Assembly: GCA_017994115.1 (NCBI GenBank)
Contig: JAGOLK010000004.1
Location: forward strand, 213 to 64,212
Direction: 5' to 3'
DNA: 64,000 bases
Source: Clostridia bacterium
GTDB lineage: Bacteria; Bacillota; Clostridia; Lutisporales; Lutisporaceae
This document shows, in pieces, positions 19,322 through 29,986 of the stretch. The translations under genes and the position numbers were made by a program. Numbering within the stretch: position 1 is the first letter of the stretch; each line of letters starts with the position of its first letter. The notes under the pieces are model-generated. The model saw only the letters and a program-made list of their open reading frames with translations. It had not been told where the DNA came from and made no database searches.

Positions 19322-19704
19322 TATCCAATAAACGCTATTGCTTCAATTTCTATAAGTGCATCCTTCGGCAGCCTTGCAACCTCCACACAGGATCTTCCCG
19401 GATGCTTCTCAGTAAAATACTGTCCATAAATTTCATTGATTTTTGAAAAATCATTCATATCCTTAATAAATACTGTAGTCTTGAGTACATTCTCCAAACT
19501 GCTCCCTGAAGCTTCAAGGACAGCCTTGAGATTCTCAAGGCACTGTTTGGCCTGAGCCTGGATACCCCCCTCGGGAAATACACCTGTACCGGGATCAATT
19601 CCTATCGCACCTGAAGTAAATATCATGTTCCCATACTTTACAGCCTGGGAATACGGGCCTATAGCCCCCGGTGCCTTTTCAGTACTGATGATTTCTTTTG
19701 TCAT
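19321..19704 (-). CDS. ridA: RidA family protein (YjgF/L-PSP, enamine/imine deaminase)
   Basis: The 127 aa translation is [12 protein letters not shown] ... [22 protein letters not shown]. Confidence 0.9.
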   Translation of the reverse strand: MTKEIISTEKAPGAIGPYSQAVKYGNMIFTSGAIGIDPGTGVFPEGGIQAQAKQCLENLKAVLEASGSSLENVLKTTVFIKDMNDFSKINEIYGQYFTEKHPGRSCVEVARLPKDALIEIEAIAFIG

Positions 19705-19725
19705 TATATATCCCTTCCTTCATTA

Positions 19726-20394
19726 TTAATCATTTACTCTCGTCTCATCCAGATAATTATAAATAGTATATCTTGATACGCAAAGAACCTTGGCAACATA
19801 GTCGATGGCTCCTTTTATCAGGAATACTCCCTTTTCGTCCAGAATCTGAACTATATTCACCTTTTCCTCCTTTGATATGAAGGCAACCGGCTTCCCGACA
19901 GATTCCAATGCCTTATTCACTATACTGCTCAGCATCTCATTTACCGTGTTTCCAAAACATTCGTCTTCTTCGCTGAAATCCGTTTCTTCAATTATATTGG
20001 TCAGATTATTAATAATGTTTCTGGCTATTGTAAGCTCTGAAATATCATAATTGATGCACAGAAAACCAATCAGCTTCCCATTTTCATCCTTTATAAACAA
20101 TGACGAGGATTTCAGAAGCCTGCCGTCCCTTGTCTTCTTTCTACAGTTTACTATAGGCTTGTCAAATTGTCCGCTGCGCAATGTAGCCAAACCATATTCA
20201 GTCATAGGGCTTCCGATGCTTCTTCCGGTTATGTGTCCGTTGGCTATCGCAATAACAGAGCTTTGCGGATTTCTGATATCATGCAGTAAAACTTCACAAT
20301 TTTTTCCAAATGTATTTGCTATCCCATCTACCAGCGGTATGATTCCTTTAAGTATGGGATGCAGATCCTTACTCATACTAACACCCCTAAACAA
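19726..20394 (-). CDS. YheO-like PAS domain / HTH transcriptional regulator
   Basis: The N-terminal pattern is IANTFGKNCEVLLHD and the C-terminal HTH is VAKVLCVSRYTIYNYL. The start may be the internal Met at MSKDL. Confidence 0.7.
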   Translation of the reverse strand: MFRGVSMSKDLHPILKGIIPLVDGIANTFGKNCEVLLHDIRNPQSSVIAIANGHITGRSIGSPMTEYGLATLRSGQFDKPIVNCRKKTRDGRLLKSSSLFIKDENGKLIGFLCINYDISELTIARNIINNLTNIIEETDFSEEDECFGNTVNEMLSSIVNKALESVGKPVAFISKEEKVNIVQILDEKGVFLIKGAIDYVAKVLCVSRYTIYNYLDETRVND

Positions 20395-20408
20395 AATAAA
20401 ATTATCAT

Positions 20409-20768
20409 CTATTCATTATCCACAAGAACCGTTTTTGCATCCACCCAGAGTCTTTCAAGATTATAGAATTGTCTTTCTTCATCATGGAACAAGTGGACTA
20501 TTATATTTCCGTAATCAAGCAATATCCATCTGCCGTTTCTGAATCCTTCCTTATGATGCATTTCATAACCTGCAAGTTCCATTTTTTCTTCCAGTTCATC
20601 GCTCATTGCCTGTACTTGTGTTGTAGAGCTTCCTGCAGCAATTACAAAGTAGTCTGATATAGTAGTAAGCTCATGAATATCCAATAGCCTTATATCTTTT
20701 GCCTTCTTGCCCTTCAAGAGTTCGATGGCTTTATTTGCCATTTCCGTTGATACTGAGAACAAATGCAC
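20409..20768 (-). CDS. rsfS: Ribosome silencing factor
   Basis: An iojap/RsfS pattern (DYFVIAAGSSTTQVQA, WILLDYGNIIVHLF). The start is uncertain: either TTG at 20762 or ATG at 20741. Confidence 0.85.
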   Translation of the reverse strand: MHLFSVSTEMANKAIELLKGKKAKDIRLLDIHELTTISDYFVIAAGSSTTQVQAMSDELEEKMELAGYEMHHKEGFRNGRWILLDYGNIIVHLFHDEERQFYNLERLWVDAKTVLVDNE

Positions 20769-20837
20769 CCCTCCGTTTATCTCTATTATCTTACAATGTT
20801 ATATCACATTTATAACCATTGTCAATATTAACTTATG

Positions 20838-21815
20838 TCATCTTAAGCCAATACCGCTTTCTGTCCCCTCCGGAGCATTATCATTATCTGCCGGCAGCAA
20901 TTCCGTCTCCTCTGCAGGTTCCTCTACTCCGAGGCCTATCCGTATCTGCTGCATCATCTCCTTGAGCTTGGCCTCATCATGTAAAAAGTATGAGACTTTG
21001 TTTATGTATCCGTCGCTGCCCGGAAGCGTATAAAAACTCACATTCTCCATTTTTATATCTTTAATATGTATAGCATAATGTGCTATATCACTGCTTTCAA
21101 GATTGGTCTTAATGCATTTGGACATTGCATCGGCGATGGTAAGTGCTTTTGGTATCATCTTGGGGCTTATAAGCTTGTCGATGAATGCCTTGATAAGTTG
21201 CTGCTGGGCTCTAATCCTTCCAAGATCCTGGTCGGGATATCCCGATCTGAATCTGGCAAATTTTACTGCATCCTTACCGTTGAGCACTTGCAAACCCGGT
21301 TTTAAGTGAATATACAAGTCCTGAACAGGATCCTCATAATCCATGCCCGGGGGTACCTTTACCGATACTCCTCCCAATATATCTATTATCCTTTCGGCTC
21401 CTTTAAAAGTTACCTTAACATAATGGTGTATGGGAATATCCAGAAGATTACCCACAGTCCGCATGGCAAGAGCAGTGCCTTCTTTTTTTGCAGCTGCTGC
21501 ATTTATCTTGTCAATGCCGTATCCCGGAATCTCAACCCTGGTATCTCTTGGTATGGAAAGCAATGCAATTTTTTGGTTTTCCTTATTATAGCTGACCACA
21601 ATCATAGTATCCGATCTTGCTTCGTCAATACCCATTACCAATGTGTTTATTATTACATCCTCTTTTGAGTCTTCGGGCTCAAGGTCGGGATTATCTTCAA
21701 TAGTCTTGACAAAGTGTTCATCAGTCATGTTTGACTTATATTTATAATATACTCCTCCGATTATTGCAAAAAAAACTATAAACGATGCCAAAAAAATTAT
21801 TATATATTTTTTCAA
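20838..21815 (-). CDS. LytR-CpsA-Psr (LCP) family cell-envelope-associated protein
   Basis: An N-terminal transmembrane helix followed by an LCP core (SDTMIVVSY, LSIPRDT). Confidence 0.85.
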   Translation of the reverse strand: MKKYIIIFLASFIVFFAIIGGVYYKYKSNMTDEHFVKTIEDNPDLEPEDSKEDVIINTLVMGIDEARSDTMIVVSYNKENQKIALLSIPRDTRVEIPGYGIDKINAAAAKKEGTALAMRTVGNLLDIPIHHYVKVTFKGAERIIDILGGVSVKVPPGMDYEDPVQDLYIHLKPGLQVLNGKDAVKFARFRSGYPDQDLGRIRAQQQLIKAFIDKLISPKMIPKALTIADAMSKCIKTNLESSDIAHYAIHIKDIKMENVSFYTLPGSDGYINKVSYFLHDEAKLKEMMQQIRIGLGVEEPAEETELLPADNDNAPEGTESGIGLR

Positions 21816-21865
21816 GCTTGTAAACCTCGTTTTCTTAATATTTCACGCCAGACACAGCGATATTT

Positions 21866-22477
21866 CTATCTGCTGCTGTCATGGCACTGCATTCCATGCT
21901 TTCCAACTTCTTTAAGCACATGATTTCTGGCAAGTATTGTATCAATATGCACAAATCCGTTTTTTGACAATATGTACAGGATAGACGAATTAAAAGCCAG
22001 AAGCAGAGCTTTGTCCAGGTTCTTGAAGGCTAGTCCCCTCAGTTCTGCCACTCCCGGAAAATTCCTTGCGGGTTCGATAAAATCCGAAAGGTAGATTATT
22101 TTTTCAAGAAGTGACATATTCTCTTTGCCGGTTGTATGATATCTTACAGCGCTTAATATCTCCTTATCATCAATAGCGAAAACTTTTCTGCAAATATGTA
22201 CTGCAGCAGGGCCGTGCAACAGCTCCCCAATATTCAGAATCAGTTCATCCGCCTCAATACCTTCTTCCTTAAGGCATTTCAGTTGAAGGGGCTTTTCAAG
22301 GTCCCTGGCACAATCATGCACCAAACCTGCAATTTCTGCCTTGACAGCATCATATTCATAAAATTCGGCAAGCTTCTTAGCTGTTTTACTCACATTAACA
22401 GAATGTATATATCTCTTTGAAGATATGGTCTTTTCAAGATGCTCCATTATTGAGTTCAAATCCAGCAAATAATTCAC
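21866..22477 (-). CDS. yqeK: HD-domain bis(5'-nucleosyl)-tetraphosphatase YqeK
   Basis: An HD motif (GLVHDCAR) in a protein that overlaps nadD, as in other Firmicutes. Confidence 0.8.
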   Translation of the reverse strand: MNYLLDLNSIMEHLEKTISSKRYIHSVNVSKTAKKLAEFYEYDAVKAEIAGLVHDCARDLEKPLQLKCLKEEGIEADELILNIGELLHGPAAVHICRKVFAIDDKEILSAVRYHTTGKENMSLLEKIIYLSDFIEPARNFPGVAELRGLAFKNLDKALLLAFNSSILYILSKNGFVHIDTILARNHVLKEVGKHGMQCHDSSR

Positions 22478-23109
22478 TCCTTGTAAAGTCCGTTTTTATG
22501 TATATATGCTTCCACCTCTTCCGGGAGAAGATATTTTACAGGCTTTCCGTTCTTTATCCTTTCTCTGATATCTGTAGAGGATATTTCAAGTAATGGAACT
22601 TCAAGGCATATAATTTCTCCATCATATTTAGACGAAATTTCCGCTATCTTTTGTTCCAGCTTCCAAATATCAAATCCGGGCCTGGTAACAGCAATAAATT
22701 TGCAGAGAGTCAAAAGCTCACCTATCTTGTACCACGTCAGCAGCTCCAGCACTGCATCGGCTCCCGTAATAAAATATATCTCGGGAGCTTCGCCATATAT
22801 GCTTCTCAGTTCCTCCATTGTATCAAAAGTATATGTAATCCCGGCCTTATCCACTTCCAGGCGGGACACTTCAAACCCGGAGTTCGAAGAAGTTGCGAGA
22901 GCTGTCATACGGTACCTGTGCTCTGCATCGCTTATCTTTTGTGACTGCTTATGGGGAGGGTTTCCCGCAGGCATGAATATGACCTTGCAGAGCCCAAATT
23001 CTACTCTTGCCGCCTCGGCTGCCGCAAGGTGTCCGTAATGAATCGGGTCAAAGGTGCCTCCCATAATCCCAATCCTGCTTTGCCCATTGTCAACTGCATC
23101 CTCGTACAT
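22474..23109 (-). CDS. nadD: Nicotinate-nucleotide adenylyltransferase
   Basis: [14 protein letters not shown] (the HxGH motif) and an ISSTDIR motif. Confidence 0.9.
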   Translation of the reverse strand: MYEDAVDNGQSRIGIMGGTFDPIHYGHLAAAEAARVEFGLCKVIFMPAGNPPHKQSQKISDAEHRYRMTALATSSNSGFEVSRLEVDKAGITYTFDTMEELRSIYGEAPEIYFITGADAVLELLTWYKIGELLTLCKFIAVTRPGFDIWKLEQKIAEISSKYDGEIICLEVPLLEISSTDIRERIKNGKPVKYLLPEEVEAYIHKNGLYKE

Positions 23110-23168
23110 AAAAATACCTCTGTATTTTTTTATGAATTATGTTCATTATACAATAATATACAGAGTTT

Positions 23169-24470
23169 TTAAAGTTTTTCCATTAATTTCCGGCGGATAT
23201 CTTCAACAACATCCGCAGCTTTACTGCCATTATAAACTGTGAAATCACTGTACTCCTTGTACAAATCATACCTTTCGGCATGCATCTGCAGCAGCCGGTC
23301 TCTCCCTCCTGCCAGCAGCGGCCTCGTGCTTGTATCAATGTCATTCATAATATCAGATATATCCCTGTCAATAAATATAATAATTCCGTTTTTTTTCAGG
23401 CTTTTCATATTTACGGCTCTTTTTACCACACCGCCTCCGGTTGAAATTACTAAAGCCTTTTCCTTCTCCAGCGCAAGCACCGCCTTAGTTTCCAAATTGC
23501 GAAAGTGCTCTTCCCCCTGCCGGAACAGCTCATTAATAGTACATCCCTCTTGTTTTTCAATCAGATCATCGATATCTATGAACTTTCTCCCAAGCTTTTC
23601 TGCAAGCAGCTTTCCTATAGATGTCTTGCCGCAGCCCGACAGTCCTATCAATACTATATTCTTGCTTGTGTCGCTATAGAGCATTTTTTTTATATGCCGG
23701 TAAATACTATCCACCTGTTGACTTGAAAGTCCGATTCCATTCCAGATTTCCTGGGCTGCAACAGCCTGTCCCACAAGCATGTAAAGCCCGTTTACCGCTT
23801 TCAGCCCGTTTTCTTCAGCCTGCTTTAAAAACATTGTTCTTTCCGGATTATATATCAAATCTACCGCTGTACCAAACTGCTTAAATATTCCGTAAGGAAC
23901 CGGTGATACATCCATCTTGGGGTACATTCCGCAGGGAGTGCAATTTATTATAATGTCCCCCTTCAGGCTTTCTGTTTCATCATAGCCGACAGCCCCATCA
24001 CCGGGATTTCTGCTTACATATGTGATGCCTTTTACTCCATTATCCATGAGATACTGCGCTGCTGCCTTTGAAACCCCGCCGGTGCCCAGTATTACCGCAG
24101 TTTTATTTTTTACCTCTATACGGCTTCTTGCAAGCAGCATCCCAAAGCCGCTGTAATCGGTATTATACCCTGTGAGTATACCATTAACCAGTGAAATTGT
24201 ATTTACCGCACCGATTTTTTCAGCTTCTTCCGAAATCACATCAAGGTAAGGCATAATCTTTATTTTATATGGTACAGTGACATTCAAACCTTTGATGCCC
24301 TGCTCCTTGTACTTCAGGAGCGCAGGCTTCAGTTCCTCTTCCTTCAGCTCAAAAAGCCTGTATTCTCCTTCTATTCCCAGCATTTTGAATATTTCGCAGT
24401 GTATTTGCGGAGAAAAACTGTGTCTTAAGCTTTCTCCGATTAATCCGAAAACATTATTCATCATCCGCAT
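23169..24470 (-). CDS. aroE-aroK: Fused shikimate dehydrogenase / shikimate kinase
   Basis: The N-terminal part is AroE (FGLIGESLRHSFSP, GTGGVSKAA). The C-terminal part is AroK (IVLIGLSGCGKTSIGKLLAEKL, STGGGVV). I placed the start at MRMMNN, which overlaps the pheA stop; the ORF track starts at 24515. Confidence 0.8.
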   Translation of the reverse strand: MRMMNNVFGLIGESLRHSFSPQIHCEIFKMLGIEGEYRLFELKEEELKPALLKYKEQGIKGLNVTVPYKIKIMPYLDVISEEAEKIGAVNTISLVNGILTGYNTDYSGFGMLLARSRIEVKNKTAVILGTGGVSKAAAQYLMDNGVKGITYVSRNPGDGAVGYDETESLKGDIIINCTPCGMYPKMDVSPVPYGIFKQFGTAVDLIYNPERTMFLKQAEENGLKAVNGLYMLVGQAVAAQEIWNGIGLSSQQVDSIYRHIKKMLYSDTSKNIVLIGLSGCGKTSIGKLLAEKLGRKFIDIDDLIEKQEGCTINELFRQGEEHFRNLETKAVLALEKEKALVISTGGGVVKRAVNMKSLKKNGIIIFIDRDISDIMNDIDTSTRPLLAGGRDRLLQMHAERYDLYKEYSDFTVYNGSKAADVVEDIRRKLMEKL

Positions 24471-25603
24471 CCAACCTCGCTTACATAATTGCCCAGCAAT
24501 CTGAAATATGAACATTCCTTCTCCATATCCGCCAGAATGCCTCTTATACCTTCCTCATTTACGTTTCCGCTGAAATCTGTGTAAAAGAAATATTCCCATG
24601 CCTTATCTTCCAAAGGCCTGGATTCAATTTTCATCAAATTGCAATTACCCTCCGCAAAGTACCTTAGTATTCCATAAAGGCTTCCCGGCTTATGGGGCAC
24701 ACTGAATACTATGCTGATTTTATCAGCCTTTTCATTATCAAGCTTTCCTTTGCTTATAATTACAAATCTGGTGCTGTTGTTCCTGTGATCCTGTATACCC
24801 CGGCTGATTACACATAAGCCATATACTGATGCTGCCTTCACACCTGCAATACATGCTTTGGATTTCAAGCCTTCCTTCGCAATGTACTCTGCGCTTCCTG
24901 CGGTATCAAAATAGGGTATCTGCTTCCATTCTGGGTATTGTGAAAGATAACGGCTGCACTGAATCAAACCCTGCCGGTGACTGTAAACCTCCTTAATATC
25001 AGATAGCTTTGCACCTTCCACTGCAAGTAAGCTGTGCTCCACCCTCAGGCATTTTTCGCCTGCGATATAAAATTCATATTCTCTAAGTAAATCGTATACA
25101 TCATTAATACTGCCGGAGGTGGTATTTTCTATCGGCAGTATGCCATACTGTATTTCCCCTTTTGAAAGAGCTTCAAAAACATCCCTGAAGCTGTGATAGC
25201 TCAAGGCCTCGACCCCTTCCCCAAAATATTCAAGCCCCGCCTGATAGCTATAGCATCCCGGCACCCCTTGATAGCCTATTGCCATGTTCGTATTGAGGTT
25301 TTCTATCTTGGAAAGTTCCTGCTTTCTGCTTATTATATCTCCTTGAAGCCTCCTGCTCAAAAACATCAGGTTCTCCAAAAACTGCTCGATATACTTTATA
25401 TCAAAATCGACTCTGATTCCATTGACAAACCTGTCAATAATGTCTTTTTCCCTTGCCGGATCATATATCTTCATGTTTTTCCCTGATTTGTACTCCCCGA
25501 CCTTTTTGGCAAGTGCCATTCTTTCTATAAACAGCTTCACAAGCTTTTCATCAGTTTCATTTATCTTCTGTCTTAAGATTTCAAGTTCATCCAATACAAA
25601 CAC
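24461..25603 (-). CDS. pheA: Bifunctional chorismate mutase / prephenate dehydratase
   Basis: An N-terminal chorismate mutase helix bundle (LRQKINETDEKLVKLFIERM), a prephenate dehydratase domain with a TRF motif (NSTRFV), and a C-terminal ACT domain (ESRP). Confidence 0.85.
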   Translation of the reverse strand: MFVLDELEILRQKINETDEKLVKLFIERMALAKKVGEYKSGKNMKIYDPAREKDIIDRFVNGIRVDFDIKYIEQFLENLMFLSRRLQGDIISRKQELSKIENLNTNMAIGYQGVPGCYSYQAGLEYFGEGVEALSYHSFRDVFEALSKGEIQYGILPIENTTSGSINDVYDLLREYEFYIAGEKCLRVEHSLLAVEGAKLSDIKEVYSHRQGLIQCSRYLSQYPEWKQIPYFDTAGSAEYIAKEGLKSKACIAGVKAASVYGLCVISRGIQDHRNNSTRFVIISKGKLDNEKADKISIVFSVPHKPGSLYGILRYFAEGNCNLMKIESRPLEDKAWEYFFYTDFSGNVNEEGIRGILADMEKECSYFRLLGNYVSEVGCG

Positions 25604-25616
25604 ACCCTCTATTCAT

Positions 25617-26705
25617 TCATTTTCCCTGACTAACCATAATAAGATCTAAAAGTGCCATAGCAGTAACTGCCTCTATTACAGGCACTGCTCTCGGCACAAT
25701 GCACGGATCATGCCTTCCCTGTACTTCCAATTCAACGTTTTCTTTCTTCTCAATATCTATGGACCGCTGCCGCCTGCCAATTGAGGCCGCAGGCTTTATT
25801 GCGGTCCGAAATATTATCGGCATTCCGCCGGTTATGCCTCCAAGTATTCCCCCATTGTTGTTGCTGTGGGTTTTTACTTCCTCTCCATCCATATAATACT
25901 CATCATTTGCCTCGGAACCCATAAGCTTTGATATATCAAAACCCGCTCCGAATTCCAGGCCTTTTACTCCCGGAATGGAAAATATGAGATGAGCTAAAGT
26001 GCTTTCTACTGAATCAAAAAAAGGTTCTCCGATTCCCGGCTTCACGCCTAGTACTGCAGTTTCCACAACGCCGCCTACCGAGTCCTTTTGTTCCTTTGCC
26101 CGGGCAATAACCTCTTTCATAAGAGCTTCGCTTTTTGCATCCAATACGGGAAAAGCCTTGCCCGCCAATATTTTTAATGTGCCTGAGTCAACGATGACAG
26201 GGTTGAAAGGCCTGTCCTGCTCTTCTCCTATGCTCCTTATGTGACTGCCTATGGTAATTCCCCTGCTTTCAAGAAGCTGTTTGCATATAGCTCCTGCAAA
26301 AACCAGCGGGGCAGTGAGCCTTCCGGAAAAATGCCCTCCGCCTCTATAGTCATTGAAGCCGCCATGTTTCACATAAGCCGTGTAGTCACTGTGAGAAGGC
26401 CTCATTACATTTTTCAGCTCTGCATAATCTTCGGATTTTTTATCTGTGTTATATATCACTGCACATAAAGGTGCCCCTGTAGTTCTGCCCTCAAAAAAGC
26501 CGCTTAATATTTCAAATTCGTCCTCTTCCTTGCGCGGCGTGGAGAACTCATTATTCCCCGGAGCCCGCCTTTGCATTTCCTTTCTTATATAGTCAAGATC
26601 CAGAAGGATTCCGGCTTTCAAGCCGTCGATATTTATTCCTATTGCTTTACCGTGGGATTCTCCGAATATTGATATTTTCAAATTGTTACCCCATATACCG
26701 CTCAT
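25617..26705 (-). CDS. aroC: Chorismate synthase
   Basis: GESHG, RPSHSDYT, GRHDPC. Confidence 0.95.
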   Translation of the reverse strand: MSGIWGNNLKISIFGESHGKAIGINIDGLKAGILLDLDYIRKEMQRRAPGNNEFSTPRKEEDEFEILSGFFEGRTTGAPLCAVIYNTDKKSEDYAELKNVMRPSHSDYTAYVKHGGFNDYRGGGHFSGRLTAPLVFAGAICKQLLESRGITIGSHIRSIGEEQDRPFNPVIVDSGTLKILAGKAFPVLDAKSEALMKEVIARAKEQKDSVGGVVETAVLGVKPGIGEPFFDSVESTLAHLIFSIPGVKGLEFGAGFDISKLMGSEANDEYYMDGEEVKTHSNNNGGILGGITGGMPIIFRTAIKPAASIGRRQRSIDIEKKENVELEVQGRHDPCIVPRAVPVIEAVTAMALLDLIMVSQGK

Positions 26706-27963
26706 CGATTTTCCCCCCCAATGCTTTATAATCTACCCAGAAATCGGGATAAGACTTTTTCACACAAGAAGCATTGCTTATGATAACCGGCTCTTCGCAC
26801 CTTGTGGCTGCTATTGCCAGTGCCATTGCAATCCTATGGTCATTCCAGCTTTCAACTCTTCCGCCCCGAAGCCTTTTCCTGCCGTCAATAACCAGGCTGT
26901 CTTGCAATTCCGTAATACACGCTCCCAGTTTGCCAAGCTCGCTGCTTACAGCCTTCAGCCTGTCGGATTCCTTCAAACGCAGCCGGCCGGCATTTACTAT
27001 TTCAGTCCTTCCCTCACTCAGTGCCCCCAGTACTGCCAATATCGGGACCAAATCCGGACACTGGGAGGCGTCGATAACTGTTCCTCTTGTATCAGCCGGA
27101 AGCGCTTTGATAGCATCAGATTTTACAAATATTCCGCCTCCCATTTCGCCAATTATGTCCATCATTACTCTGTCACCCTGCATGGAATCCATATCAAGGC
27201 CCTTGCATACCACCTCCGACCCTAATACTCCCGCTGTCAGCCAGAAAGCAGCCTGGGAAAAATCTCCGGGAACGGTATAATCCGTCGCTCTGTACTTCTG
27301 CCTTCCTTTTATTATAAAAGTCCCGTAATCGTGGTTTTCTATATGTATTGAAAAGTCCTTCAGAACCTTCAGTGTCATATCTATGTAAGGCTTTGACTCC
27401 GGCTCGGTGGTTACCGTTATCCGTGAATCACCCTCTAAAAGCGGCAGCGCAAACATCAAGCCGCTAATGAACTGAGAGCTGATATTCCCTTCCAGTTGAA
27501 ACTCTCCGGGAACCAGCCTGCCATTAATGTGAAGAGGAAGCTTTCCGGCCTCGGTTTCGTATTTTATCCCCTGCTTCTCAAAAATATTATAGTAAGGCAC
27601 CAAGGGCCTTTCAACCAGTCTTCCTTCCCCGTAAAAAGTAACGGGTTCACCCGTCAAGGCTGCAATGGGTATAATAAACCTTAAGGTAGAACCTGATTCA
27701 TGACAGTTTATCCCGGTGTTTTTCAGCTTATGTACGGCGCTCCCCTTTATCCTCAGTGAGGCATCCTCTTTTTCAATCGTTATACCGAAGCTTCTCATCG
27801 CTTCCAAAGTCGCTTCAATATCCTGCGAAATCCCAACATTATTTATCGTACTAATTCCTTCCGAGAGTCCGGCGCATATCACCGCCCTATGGCTTATGCT
27901 TTTTGAAGCCGGTACGAAAACCTCACCGGCAAGGCTGCCGGGATATATTATCACTTCATTCAT
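26686..27963 (-). CDS. aroA: 3-phosphoshikimate 1-carboxyvinyltransferase (EPSP synthase)
   Basis: PASKSISHRA, LKESDR, NDHRIAMA. Confidence 0.95.
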   Translation of the reverse strand: MNEVIIYPGSLAGEVFVPASKSISHRAVICAGLSEGISTINNVGISQDIEATLEAMRSFGITIEKEDASLRIKGSAVHKLKNTGINCHESGSTLRFIIPIAALTGEPVTFYGEGRLVERPLVPYYNIFEKQGIKYETEAGKLPLHINGRLVPGEFQLEGNISSQFISGLMFALPLLEGDSRITVTTEPESKPYIDMTLKVLKDFSIHIENHDYGTFIIKGRQKYRATDYTVPGDFSQAAFWLTAGVLGSEVVCKGLDMDSMQGDRVMMDIIGEMGGGIFVKSDAIKALPADTRGTVIDASQCPDLVPILAVLGALSEGRTEIVNAGRLRLKESDRLKAVSSELGKLGACITELQDSLVIDGRKRLRGGRVESWNDHRIAMALAIAATRCEEPVIISNASCVKKSYPDFWVDYKALGGKIDERYMG

Positions 27964-29060
27964 TCACTTATCCCCCTTGCAGTTCCCGTTGTATCAAGAA
28001 AGCTTTCAAGTTCTTCGGACTTTGCTTTCGTGATAAAGGCAGTTCCCAGTTTATTTAACAGAACAAGCCTTATACTATCACCACTGAACTTTTTATCCCG
28101 CCTCATAACGTTTATCAGCTCTTTTTTATTTGCAACAGGGATTTCATAAGGCAATCCAAATTTCTTTAATATCTCCGTCAAAGCTTTTGCAGTACCGCGT
28201 TCTGTTAATCCCATCTCCTCGCTCCGTTTTGTAATTTCCGCCATACCCATTGCAACAGCTTCACCATGGGTGTACTTCTCATAATTATAATATTGTTCTA
28301 CTGCATGGCCAAAGGTATGACCGAAATTAAGAAGCATTCTTTCCCCTCTGTCCAGTTCATCCGCTTCCACTACTGCTCTTTTTATCGAACAGCAGGTGCA
28401 TACCAATTCATCCATATCGGCAATACATTGCTGCAGGTTTTCATAATCTGAAAGCCTGTCAAAGAGGCCCTTGTCCTTTATGCATCCGTATTTGATTACT
28501 TCAGCCATACCGTCTCTCAAATACCTGTCTTCCAGTGTATTCAGAAATAAAGTATCAATAAATACAATTTCAGGGTGATAAAAGCTTCCCACCAGGTTTT
28601 TCCCGAAGGGCAGGTCAATTGCAGTTTTACCGCCTACGCTGCTGTCCACTTGTGCCAGTAATGTTGTCGGGAGTTGAATATATGATATGCCCCTTAAATA
28701 GGTAGCTGCGGCAAACCCCGCCAAATCGCCTGCAACCCCGCCGCCAAACGCAATAATGATATCTCCCCTGTCTACGCTGAAGCCGGCAAGATCCTCATAT
28801 ATCCCCGAAAGGACTTGCAGGGATTTGCTTTTTTCACCCGGCTTAAAGGATATAAGCCTGCACTTCAGCCCTGCCTCAACTATACCTCTATACAATGATG
28901 CTCCGTAAAGCTTATTTACATTATCATCGGTAACTATTACAGCATTTTTGCCCCTATATCTCTCTGAAAGATATTTATAAAGCTCTTGCCGAATATTTTT
29001 GCCGATTTGGATATTATATTTTTTACTGCTGCTTTTTATTGAAACCTCTATAGCCATCAT
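27960..29060 (-). CDS. aroB: 3-dehydroquinate synthase
   Basis: GGGVAGDLAGFAAATYLRGI, GKNLVG, FGHTFGHA. Confidence 0.9.
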   Translation of the reverse strand: MMAIEVSIKSSSKKYNIQIGKNIRQELYKYLSERYRGKNAVIVTDDNVNKLYGASLYRGIVEAGLKCRLISFKPGEKSKSLQVLSGIYEDLAGFSVDRGDIIIAFGGGVAGDLAGFAAATYLRGISYIQLPTTLLAQVDSSVGGKTAIDLPFGKNLVGSFYHPEIVFIDTLFLNTLEDRYLRDGMAEVIKYGCIKDKGLFDRLSDYENLQQCIADMDELVCTCCSIKRAVVEADELDRGERMLLNFGHTFGHAVEQYYNYEKYTHGEAVAMGMAEITKRSEEMGLTERGTAKALTEILKKFGLPYEIPVANKKELINVMRRDKKFSGDSIRLVLLNKLGTAFITKAKSEELESFLDTTGTARGISE

Positions 29061-29936
29061 CTATATAATCTCCCTTTTACCTTTAATAGCATTGTCGAAC
29101 AGTATTTGAAGGCTGCTTTCATCCTGTGCTTTTATAGCATCTTTTAATTTATGAAGCATGTCCTCCATATCTTCTATTCTATCAATAATATTCAAATTAT
29201 TCATCCTGAGAATTTGAGTCCAAAGTTCCTTATTCAATGCCGCCACTCTGGTGGCATCCTTGAAGCTGCGCCCGGTAAAAGGGCTTATGCCCTTCTCCCT
29301 CATCATCAGGTTTGCAAATGAGATGGCAACTATATGCGGAAGCTGGCTTGTAAAGGATATCAAACGGTCATGAGCCTCTGCTCCTATCCTGGTCAAGCAC
29401 TTGCATCCTATTGAAGCTGCCAGCTTTTCCACAGCCATTATCCCGCTTTCGCTATTGCTTTCATGGGGTGTGATAATGTAGTTAGTATCAAAAAAGAGTT
29501 CCCGGGATGCGGCTTCAAAACCTTGAAACTCATTTCCTGCCATTGGATGTCCCCCGACAAACTCCACATCCGGCCGCAAGCTTTTCTTTGCAGCTTCAAT
29601 TACCGGCTGCTTGATACTGCAAGTATCGGTAACTATTGTTCCCGGCCTGAAATATTCGGCATAATTCTTAATAAATTCAATTGCTTCCTGTGGATACAGA
29701 GCAATTATTACCATATCGGATTTGCATAATATTTCTTCGGCATTGGAAGCACCCTCGTCTATTACTCCGCAGCCGGCTGCTTTGTTCAATACGCTCTCAT
29801 CAATATCTATGCCGTATATTCTTACGGCACTATGCTTTCTCAGTGCCATGGCAAAAGAACCGCCTATCAATCCCAAGCCAACTACTGCAATATTACTTCT
29901 AAAGTCACCCTCTTCCAATTTAATTCCTCCAATCAT
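29061..29936 (-). CDS. tyrA: Prephenate dehydrogenase
   Basis: A Rossmann fold (VVGLGLIGGS) and GGHPMAG. Confidence 0.85.
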   Translation of the reverse strand: MIGGIKLEEGDFRSNIAVVGLGLIGGSFAMALRKHSAVRIYGIDIDESVLNKAAGCGVIDEGASNAEEILCKSDMVIIALYPQEAIEFIKNYAEYFRPGTIVTDTCSIKQPVIEAAKKSLRPDVEFVGGHPMAGNEFQGFEAASRELFFDTNYIITPHESNSESGIMAVEKLAASIGCKCLTRIGAEAHDRLISFTSQLPHIVAISFANLMMREKGISPFTGRSFKDATRVAALNKELWTQILRMNNLNIIDRIEDMEDMLHKLKDAIKAQDESSLQILFDNAIKGKREII

Positions 29937-29986
29937 CGTAACACTTAACTGATACCATTTCCAGTATTTTCTTTATGGCCTGCCCT